This document shows positions 26,054-32,787 of a stretch of 32,787 bases of DNA, one piece after another. The position numbers and the translations under genes are program-made. Location of the stretch: the NCBI GenBank assembly GCA_031263345.1, contig JAISFY010000040.1, forward strand, positions 1-32,787, read 5' to 3'. Origin of the DNA: Holosporales bacterium. Lineage in GTDB: Bacteria > Pseudomonadota > Alphaproteobacteria > RUG11792. A model generated the notes under the pieces. It ran no database searches, was not told the DNA's origin, and was given only the letters and a program-made list of their open reading frames with translations. The stretch's first letter is position 1. Each line of letters starts with the position of its first letter.

Positions 26054-28186
26054 TCAGTGCCATTTTCTATTAACGCCGTGGGTGAAGCTGGCTTTATTAA
26101 GATTCGATAAGATGATCGTTAATTGTGTAATGTCGTGGACTTCGATTTCGAGTTGAATTTTAACTAAACTATCTATTTTTTCACCTATTTTTAGGTTGAT
26201 AATCGTTGCTCCTCGATCCTCGATAATGCTGGCAATTTTTGACAAATTTCCCTGTTCGTAGATTGTAATGATGGAGATTTTCGTTAGGTATTTTCTTGAT
26301 GCCTCAAAGGCCGATTTTTCCCATGATAACTCGATGGCCTTCGCGTATGTATTAGCTATTCGTTCCGGTAGTATGTTACACTCATCTATATGAATTTCGA
26401 TCTCCTGATTCTCCAGTATTACCCCAGTGATCTTATCTCCAGGAACCGGAGTACAGCAATCTACCTGTAGAACATTTTCTTTATTGATACCAACGATGGG
26501 GAACGGTTCATTGCTATCACCGTTATCAGATTCAGGGAGTAATTCTATTTCCTCACCGCTGCAGACTGAATTATAGCACACTAGGATTTCCTTTATATGA
26601 ATCGATCCATTACCGATAGCCTGAAACATGGCTACCTTACTATCGAATTTCATCTTAGATGCCATACGGTTTATATCATTCTCAGAGACTACACGATTAA
26701 CTTTTTTAAAAAATTCATCAAAAACACTCTTACCTATCATTTCTATCTTTTCTTTTTCGATTCCGTTGATCGCCTTCCTTAAGTTTACCTTTGCCTTCAT
26801 AGAAATAACGTATTCTTCCCAGTGTGGCTTGGGAACATGATTCGGATCGGTCGTAATATCAACCTGATCACCGTTCGAAAGAATAGTTTTCAGAGGCACG
26901 ATCTGTCCATTAACTTTCGCGCTTATGGCATGATTTCCGATATCTGAGTGAATGGCATATGCAAAATCCAGAGCCGATGCCCCAATTGGGAGCGAGATAA
27001 TGGTTCCCTTTGGAGTAATACAAAAGATATGATCCGTCAGGATTTCAGTCTTAGAATTTTCCAGAAATTCATCCATCCCGGATGTATTTTCTAAAATTTT
27101 GACGAGGCTTCTCAACCATCTTTGTTCCTCTGACCTTTGGGATTTTGGACCTCGCTCTTTATAATCCCAATGAGCGGCAATCCCGTATTCGGCTACATCA
27201 TGCATATCCTTCGTTCTGATTTGTATTTCGATTCGTTTGTTAAGTGGTCCTATTATGCAGGTGTGTAATGATTGATAGCTATTATTCTTGGGAGTGCTAA
27301 TATAATCTCTAAATCGTCCTGGAACAACGAGATAATTTCTATGAATACAACCGAGGGCCTGATAACATAGTTGAACGTTGCCCACTATAATTCTGAATGC
27401 CATAATATCCGATAATTGTTCGAATGAAATGTTGCGAACATTCATCTTACTCCAGATAGAGTATGGACTCTTCAGTCGTCCTGTAATTGAACAATTGATA
27501 TCAACACTTTTAGCGAGTTCATGAAGCTTAAATGTTATCGTATTAATTATTTCCTCTGAAGAATCATAAAGATTTTTAAGTCTAGATTTAATAGAATCAT
27601 AAATTTTTGGATGAAGTTCTAAAAATGCTGTATCCTGTAATTCGTCTTTAATACTGGTAATACCGATCCTGTCGGCGAGTGGGGCGTATACCTCTAAAGT
27701 CTCTCTCGCTATCAACTTCCTCCTGTCTTCTCTTCTTTTATATTGCAGTGTTCTCATATTATGCAATCTATCGGCCAATTTGATGATAAGAACCCTAATA
27801 TCAGAAGCAGCGGCTATAAGTAGTTTTTTAAAATTCTCTGCCTGTTTTACTGCGAGTGGTCCGCATTCGAATTGAGATAGCTTCGTAACTCCATCAACAA
27901 TCTTCGAGATTCCAGATCCAAAATTCTCCTCGATCTCAGCAATTGATGTGTCAGTATCCTCCACCGTATCGTGCAGCAATCCGGCAATGACCGTCTCTTG
28001 GTCCGTCTTTAAGGAAACGAGGATTTCTGCGACCTTAATTGGGTGTGAGAAAAAGGGATCTCCGGATTCTCTGAGCTGTGTCCCATGCCTGTCAATAGCG
28101 AAAATAAACGCCTTTTCAACTAAACCGGCATCGACGTTTTTGGAGTATGCCATGAGTCTTGAAGTAATCTCTTGCGGCGTAATCAA
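26054..28186 (-). CDS. spoT: Bifunctional (p)ppGpp synthetase/hydrolase (RelA/SpoT homologue)
   Basis: The 710-aa protein has an HD hydrolase domain (HPIKVAEIL...LLHDTVEDT), synthetase blocks (RLKSPYSIWSKM, YQSLHT, EIQIRT), and TGS and ACT-like C-terminal domains. The TTG start at 28186 aligns with alphaproteobacterial Rsh N-termini. Confidence 0.93.
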   Translation of the reverse strand: MITPQEITSRLMAYSKNVDAGLVEKAFIFAIDRHGTQLRESGDPFFSHPIKVAEILVSLKTDQETVIAGLLHDTVEDTDTSIAEIEENFGSGISKIVDGVTKLSQFECGPLAVKQAENFKKLLIAAASDIRVLIIKLADRLHNMRTLQYKRREDRRKLIARETLEVYAPLADRIGITSIKDELQDTAFLELHPKIYDSIKSRLKNLYDSSEEIINTITFKLHELAKSVDINCSITGRLKSPYSIWSKMNVRNISFEQLSDIMAFRIIVGNVQLCYQALGCIHRNYLVVPGRFRDYISTPKNNSYQSLHTCIIGPLNKRIEIQIRTKDMHDVAEYGIAAHWDYKERGPKSQRSEEQRWLRSLVKILENTSGMDEFLENSKTEILTDHIFCITPKGTIISLPIGASALDFAYAIHSDIGNHAISAKVNGQIVPLKTILSNGDQVDITTDPNHVPKPHWEEYVISMKAKVNLRKAINGIEKEKIEMIGKSVFDEFFKKVNRVVSENDINRMASKMKFDSKVAMFQAIGNGSIHIKEILVCYNSVCSGEEIELLPESDNGDSNEPFPIVGINKENVLQVDCCTPVPGDKITGVILENQEIEIHIDECNILPERIANTYAKAIELSWEKSAFEASRKYLTKISIITIYEQGNLSKIASIIEDRGATIINLKIGEKIDSLVKIQLEIEVHDITQLTIILSNLNKASFTHGVNRKWH

Positions 28187-28310
28187 TTTCGCCTCTGGGA
28201 AAAGCTAGTTATCATAAACTCATAAGAATATTGTAGAACGTTATAGTTTGAAATTCCTACAAATTTTAACAGTACTTTTTATTATGGTAACAGCATGACC
28301 GATCTGTTTA

Positions 28311-28622
28311 TCAGGGTTTAAATTTAATTGCTCCGGACTTGCACACTGATCGACATAACCCACAGTAACAGCATTTCCTAGGGGCATATCGATGGTTCCC
28401 GGGGCCTATAATCTGTATTGCTCGACATGGGCAAACTTCTGAACATATCCTACATCCAACGCATTTTTCGCTATCAAAAGTAAAAACCCTCCTAAATTTA
28501 GGCGATCTTTTTATACTATCCAGATTTTTCGTAACCGGTTTTTTAAAGCAATATTTGACTCCAATCGCCAAAGCTGATAGAATATCGACGAACAGGGTGG
28601 TTTTTAGAAACTTTCTAATCAT
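28311..28622 (-). CDS. Small NuoI/EchF-like 2x[4Fe-4S] ferredoxin-domain protein with a hydrophobic N-terminus
   Basis: The 103-aa protein has two cluster motifs, [12 protein letters not shown] and [12 protein letters not shown]. The N-terminal [17 protein letters not shown] resembles the NuoI N-terminal block (..LKYFFKxKVT..). The ATG 28622 overlaps the lepA stop (ATGATTAG). Confidence 0.7.
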   Translation of the reverse strand: MIRKFLKTTLFVDILSALAIGVKYCFKKPVTKNLDSIKRSPKFRRVFTFDSEKCVGCRICSEVCPCRAIQIIGPGNHRYAPRKCCYCGLCRSVCKSGAIKFKP

Positions 28623-30408
28623 CGGATATCTTCAAGGCTTCGATGAAGGCCTTTTGTGGGATTTCGACGCTGCCGAATTGTCTCATGCGGCTCTTGCCCT
28701 CTTTCTGTTTCTCCAGCAGTTTCCGTTTCCTGGTTATATCTCCCCCATAACACTTAGCTAACACGTCCTTTCTGTAAGCAGAAACGGTTTCTCTGGCTAT
28801 GACTCTACCGCTGATCGCAGCCTGAATCGCAATCTTAAATAACTGTTTAGGAATGAGGTCCTTTAACTTCACACATAAGGCTCGGCCCCGCTTTTCGGCC
28901 TTCCCTCTATGAACGATAATGGATAGCGCGTCAACCGGCTCACTATTCACCAAAATCGTAACCTTTACCAAATCTCCGATTCTGTATTCGGTCATCTGAT
29001 AATCGAAGGAAGCATATCCTTTAGTCGATGATTTCAATTTATCATAAAAATCGAAAACGATTTCGTTGAGTGGAAGGTGATACCACACGATCACCCTGTT
29101 CCTCATAAACTGAATATCAACTTGCTCTCCACGTTTATCCTCACATAACGCCAAAACATTTCCTAGATACGTTTCTGGAACGACAATGGTTGCCTTAATC
29201 CACGGCTCCTCCATTTTATCGATTTTAACTTGCTCCGGCATTTCGGCTGGATTGTGAAGGCTAACGGTAGCTCCATTCGTAAGGTAAACATTATAAACCA
29301 CGCTCGGTGCCGTCGTTATGATATCAACATTAAACTCTCTTTCCAACCGCTCCTGAATGATTTCGAGATGTAGAAGACCGAGGAATCCACATCTAAATCC
29401 GAACCCGAGTGCTGCAGACGTTTCCATTTCATAACTAAAACTCGAATCGTTGAGGTGTAATTTTTGGATACTCTCTTTTAATTTCTCAAATTCAGAAGCG
29501 TCTACCGGGAAAATACCACAAAAGACGACGGGAACGGATGGCTTAAACCCTTTTAGCGAAGCGTCGCACGGTCTTTTGTCCTCCGTTATCGTATCACCAA
29601 CCCGACAATCTGAAACGTCCTTAATACTGGCGGTTATAAATCCAACCTCTCCAGCAGATAATTTTTCGGTTACCGCTTTTTTAGGAAGAAAGTATCCAAC
29701 ATTATCAACGGTATACGTCGCTCCATTCGACATCATCTTAATCTTCGTTCCTGAGCTTATAACTCCATCAAAAATTCTAACTAAAATGACGACCCCGAGA
29801 TATTGATCGTACCAGCTATCGACCAACAACGCCCGCAGCCTGTCCGACTTAGAATCGGTCGGCGATGGTAATTTATTGACGATTGCCTCAAGGACATCGA
29901 TTATTCCAATTCCATTCTTCGCAGAAATTGGAATAGCATCGGAAGCATCAATTCCTATTAACTCCTCTATCTGGCTCTTTACGGCTTCCACATCAGACGC
30001 TGGTAAATCGACTTTATTTAGGACGACCACGATTTCGTGATCAGAGTCGATCGCGTGATAGACATTGGCCAGGGTCTGCGCCTCCACTCCCTGTGAAGCA
30101 TCAACGACCAAAATCGAGCCTTCACAGGCGGTTAGTGATCGGCTTACCTCATAGGCGAAATCGACATGCCCTGGAGTATCAATCAGATTTAAAATATATA
30201 TTTCACCATCGATGGCCCTGTATAAGAGCCTGACAGTTTGAGCCTTTACGGTAATTCCTCGTTCGCGTTCAATATCCATAGAATCCAATACTTGATCTTT
30301 CATTTCCCTTTTTTCAAGACCACCACATATTTCTATAATTCGATCGGCTAAGGTGGATTTCCCGTGGTCGATATGAGCAATAATTGAAAAATTACGTATT
30401 TTATACAT
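28615..30408 (-). CDS. lepA: Elongation factor 4 (LepA)
   Basis: The 597-aa protein has [28 protein letters not shown] and NKVD GTPase motifs, plus the LepA-specific C-terminal domain. Confidence 0.96.
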   Translation of the reverse strand: MYKIRNFSIIAHIDHGKSTLADRIIEICGGLEKREMKDQVLDSMDIERERGITVKAQTVRLLYRAIDGEIYILNLIDTPGHVDFAYEVSRSLTACEGSILVVDASQGVEAQTLANVYHAIDSDHEIVVVLNKVDLPASDVEAVKSQIEELIGIDASDAIPISAKNGIGIIDVLEAIVNKLPSPTDSKSDRLRALLVDSWYDQYLGVVILVRIFDGVISSGTKIKMMSNGATYTVDNVGYFLPKKAVTEKLSAGEVGFITASIKDVSDCRVGDTITEDKRPCDASLKGFKPSVPVVFCGIFPVDASEFEKLKESIQKLHLNDSSFSYEMETSAALGFGFRCGFLGLLHLEIIQERLEREFNVDIITTAPSVVYNVYLTNGATVSLHNPAEMPEQVKIDKMEEPWIKATIVVPETYLGNVLALCEDKRGEQVDIQFMRNRVIVWYHLPLNEIVFDFYDKLKSSTKGYASFDYQMTEYRIGDLVKVTILVNSEPVDALSIIVHRGKAEKRGRALCVKLKDLIPKQLFKIAIQAAISGRVIARETVSAYRKDVLAKCYGGDITRKRKLLEKQKEGKSRMRQFGSVEIPQKAFIEALKISDD

Positions 30409-30414
30409 ACGGTC

Positions 30415-30663
30415 TTATGATTCCAGAGCTCTCTTATAAATTTCGAGAAGTTCTTCCTCTACCTCAACATCCTCTTTCTTCATTTTTCTCATTTTTACAA
30501 GTTTCCGCAAGATGGCAGTATCTAATCCCTGTGCCTTCGCCTCAGCAAACGTATCTTTTATATCAGTTAAAACTTCCGCCTTTTTTTCTTCCAGATTTTC
30601 GAGGCGCGCTACGGCCTGCTTTATTAAACTCGCGGAAACGTTAAATCTATCAAAATTACTCAT
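30415..30663 (-). CDS. gapR: GapR-like nucleoid-associated protein (DUF2312)
   Basis: The 82-aa protein contains ...IKQAVARLENLEEKKAEVLTDIKDTFAEAKAQGLDTAILRKLVKMRK... This parallels Caulobacter GapR (...[44 protein letters not shown]...). Confidence 0.88.
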   Translation of the reverse strand: MSNFDRFNVSASLIKQAVARLENLEEKKAEVLTDIKDTFAEAKAQGLDTAILRKLVKMRKMKKEDVEVEEELLEIYKRALES

Positions 30664-30666
30664 CGT

Positions 30667-30822
30667 TTAAGAATCTCCATTGTTTTTATCATCTTTTAAC
30701 CCGTCCTTAAAGGCTTTTATACCTTTAGCTAGGTCATTCATTACTTTTGGCAGTTTCCCGGCCCCAAAAACGATGAGAACGATCACCATCACAATTAGCA
30801 GATGACTGACACTAATCCCCAT
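30667..30822 (-). CDS. tatA: Sec-independent protein translocase subunit TatA/E
   Basis: [41 protein letters not shown] is a canonical TatA. The track ORF (to 30933) adds 37 non-homologous residues and would include the candidate promoter. GGAG lies 2 nt upstream of ATG 30822. Confidence 0.88.
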   Translation of the reverse strand: MGISVSHLLIVMVIVLIVFGAGKLPKVMNDLAKGIKAFKDGLKDDKNNGDS

Positions 30823-30868
30823 ATCTCCAATTCCACCATGCAAAAACGGCATGAAAAACCGCATCGGT

Positions 30869-30898
30869 ATTCTACATCGAGTAGAGCAACCCCAGCAA
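30869..30898 (-). promoter_or_regulatory. Candidate sigma70-type promoter for tatA-gapR-lepA
   Basis: On the minus strand, TTGCTG (30898..30893) is followed by an 18-nt spacer and TAGAAT (30874..30869), about 45 nt upstream of the tatA ATG at 30822. Confidence 0.35.
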
Positions 30899-30953
30899 AC
30901 GAATTCTCGATAAGTATCCAAACTCTGGAACATAGATCTCGGATTAATCGTAG

Positions 30954-31802
30954 TTAGGTAGGATTTATCGATGAACTTTTGAATCCCAGAACAAAAATAC
31001 CCGAAGAATTGGCAGCCGCGATGGTTTCTTCATAATCTATAATCTGGGAATCGCCGGCTCCTATGGCTATCCCATTTAGCCCGCAGTTGGACACATCCGA
31101 TATCGTCCATTTCCCTATAGAAGGGAGGTCAACGACCTTATCTTGATCTCGCTTGGAAGTCTTAACCAATACTCCTCCACGTTCTCTCAATTTTAAATGT
31201 TTACACCGAGAAACGAGTTCGGCTGTCCCCTCGGCCGCTTCCACACCAAGGACGACCCCCTCCTGGACGATAACCGCCTGACCGACATCCGCATTCGATA
31301 ATGTATTCAAAACGAAAATCCCTCTAGCCATATCTTGCAAATCTGTTTCGCTCGGTTTGCGATTAGCAGTAAGGATTCCTGGAGGTGTCAACAATGTGGA
31401 AAGAATACTCTGAGGACCGATTATCTTAATGCCCTCACGTTCGAGCAGTTTTTTTATCCCACTCAAAAGAGCATTATCTCCTAGGAATGCTCGAATTCCA
31501 AGGACTGCAAGCCACCTTTTACCAACCGAATCTAATTTTAACGAAAAGAAGCTGGGTCTCTTCACATTTCCGCAAAATACAACCTCAGTCGCCTTAAAAT
31601 TCTTGATATACGCCAACATCTTTCCGATCGAACCCAGCTCAAACTTACGGTATCCCGACGGTCCGAATCCATCAATCGACAAAACGGCAAAGTCCCGCCT
31701 TAGCTTAGATAACTTTTCGATAATCAGTAGTGGCAAATTTCCTCCCCCGGCTATAACAGCTATATTCCGATTAGAGTCCGATTTCCCCACTGTTACGCCC
31801 AA
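30954..31802 (-). CDS. lpxI: UDP-2,3-diacylglucosamine pyrophosphatase LpxI (DUF1009)
   Basis: [13 protein letters not shown]..., [34 protein letters not shown] and VDLPSIG parallel Caulobacter LpxI block by block. The start is uncertain (TTG 31802 or GTG 31790). Confidence 0.88.
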   Translation of the reverse strand: MGVTVGKSDSNRNIAVIAGGGNLPLLIIEKLSKLRRDFAVLSIDGFGPSGYRKFELGSIGKMLAYIKNFKATEVVFCGNVKRPSFFSLKLDSVGKRWLAVLGIRAFLGDNALLSGIKKLLEREGIKIIGPQSILSTLLTPPGILTANRKPSETDLQDMARGIFVLNTLSNADVGQAVIVQEGVVLGVEAAEGTAELVSRCKHLKLRERGGVLVKTSKRDQDKVVDLPSIGKWTISDVSNCGLNGIAIGAGDSQIIDYEETIAAANSSGIFVLGFKSSSINPT

Positions 31803-31836
31803 GTTAAATATCTACAGTATGCCCTTTTTTACATTT

Positions 31837-32787
31837 CTACTCTACCGGAGATAAGATATCATCTGCCGATTCTTCGATCGGCAAATTTTTCCCAATCATC
31901 GTATCTGCTACCGTTCCAGAATTTTCCCTTACGACCATTTCAATATCGTTTGAAATATTTGGATTTTCCTTTAGAAAAGATCGTGCCGCCTCTTTCCCCT
32001 GCCCCAATTTTGTTCCCTTATAAGAATACCATGATCCCGCTTTCTCTACGACTCCAGCCCTGACACCGAGATCTATCAGTTCCCCGGTTTTCGACACTCC
32101 CTCCCCATACATAATGTCGAACTCGACGACCTTGAATGGAGGAGCTACTTTATTCTTAACGACCTTGACACGAGTTTGATTCCCAACCACATCATCACGT
32201 TCCTTAATCGATCCAATTCTACGAATATCGAGCCTAACAGAGGCATAGAATTTCAAGGCATTTCCACCCGTCGTGGTTTCCGGGTTCCCAAACATTACCC
32301 CAATTTTCTGACGAATCTGGTTGATAAAAATTACCATACAATTTGTTCGAGAAATAGATCCCGTTAGCTTCCGAAGAGCCTGGCTCATTAACCTTGCCTG
32401 AAGCCCCATATGGGAATCTCCCATGTCTCCTTCGAGTTCAGCCTTTGGAACCAAAGCTGCAACACTATCAACAACCAGGACATCGATAGCTCCACTGCGG
32501 ACCAAAGTATCGGCGATCTCGAGGGCCTGTTCACCAGTATCTGGCTGAGAAATAATTAAATTATCGATATCTATATGGAGTTTTTTGGCATAAACTGGGT
32601 CTAAGGCGTGCTCAGCATCGATAAAAGCGCAGTTCCCGCCAAGTCTTTGAGCATTCGAAACGACATGTAAGGCAAGAGTTGTCTTCCCGGAAGATTCAGG
32701 ACCGTAAACTTCAATAATGCGGCCCTTAGGAAAGCCACCAATCCCGAGAGCTATATCCAATCCCAGTGACCCGGTCGAAATAGATTC
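31837..32787 (-). CDS. recA: Recombinase RecA (5' end beyond the right edge of the window)
   Basis: It has the Walker A motif [16 protein letters not shown], plus FIDAEHALD and [38 protein letters not shown]. The reading frame remains open to position 32787 (...[18 protein letters not shown]...), so the track M at 32760 is internal. Confidence 0.96.
   Translation of the reverse strand, partial: ESISTGSLGLDIALGIGGFPKGRIIEVYGPESSGKTTLALHVVSNAQRLGGNCAFIDAEHALDPVYAKKLHIDIDNLIISQPDTGEQALEIADTLVRSGAIDVLVVDSVAALVPKAELEGDMGDSHMGLQARLMSQALRKLTGSISRTNCMVIFINQIRQKIGVMFGNPETTTGGNALKFYASVRLDIRRIGSIKERDDVVGNQTRVKVVKNKVAPPFKVVEFDIMYGEGVSKTGELIDLGVRAGVVEKAGSWYSYKGTKLGQGKEAARSFLKENPNISNDIEMVVRENSGTVADTMIGKNLPIEESADDILSPVE

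Noticed and set aside
28311-28622. Possibility that the small Fe-S protein is the missing NrdG activase
   Set aside because: Its cysteine motifs are ferredoxin-type CxxCxxCxxxC(P/K), not the radical-SAM CxxxCxxC. It is also far smaller than NrdG and distant from nrdD.
30823-30933. 37-residue N-terminal extension of the tatA ORF ([23 protein letters not shown]...)
   Set aside because: TatA homologues begin at the MG(I)S...hydrophobic helix. The extension contains a good TTGCTG-N18-TAGAAT promoter candidate and has no homology signal.
1-32787. Search for mobile elements, CRISPR arrays, toxin-antitoxin or defence islands
   Set aside because: There are no transposase or integrase-like ORFs, no spaced direct-repeat arrays and no terminal inverted repeats. 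Every ORF longer than 100 aa that is not an antisense shadow has a housekeeping or envelope assignment.

Overview
AT-rich (roughly 40% GC by eye, not computed) bacterial chromosomal segment. The gene content points to an alphaproteobacterium with a compact, rearranged genome, likely a Rickettsiales/Holosporales-like intracellular lineage: class I lysyl-tRNA synthetase, GapR/DUF2312, LpxI, GatAB, orphan TamB, BamA-RseP, and a single bifunctional RelA/SpoT homologue. I support 27 protein-coding genes, 24 of them on the minus strand. Two are missing from the supplied ORF track: a 5'-complete, 3'-truncated gene at 1..677 and a 57-codon ORF at 790..963. Most genes are tightly packed housekeeping genes, many with 4-13 nt overlaps. 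I found no rRNA, tRNA, CRISPR array, IS or transposase, or recognisable defence or toxin system. The track uses the longest ATG/GTG/TTG ORF, so I moved several starts inward (rplS, eno, gatA, rseP, tatA, tamB). Observations worth follow-up: (1) the anaerobic ribonucleotide reductase NrdD is split, with its glycyl-radical motif on a separate overlapping small ORF that has a perfect Shine-Dalgarno, while the large ORF ends in a decayed copy of the motif, and no nrdG is nearby; (2) a signal-anchored protein with a Q/N/Y/P/G-rich prion-like low-complexity region in a locally GC-rich stretch at the left edge; (3) an unusually long rplS-rplU intergenic region with a GC-rich, strand-asymmetric core full of CCUCC/GGAGG motifs; (4) an orphan miniature NuoI/EchF-like 2x[4Fe-4S] protein translationally coupled to lepA; (5) orphan short TamB and widespread breakage of canonical operons. 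None of these is a clearly novel multi-gene system. The split NrdD is the best-supported unusual feature.
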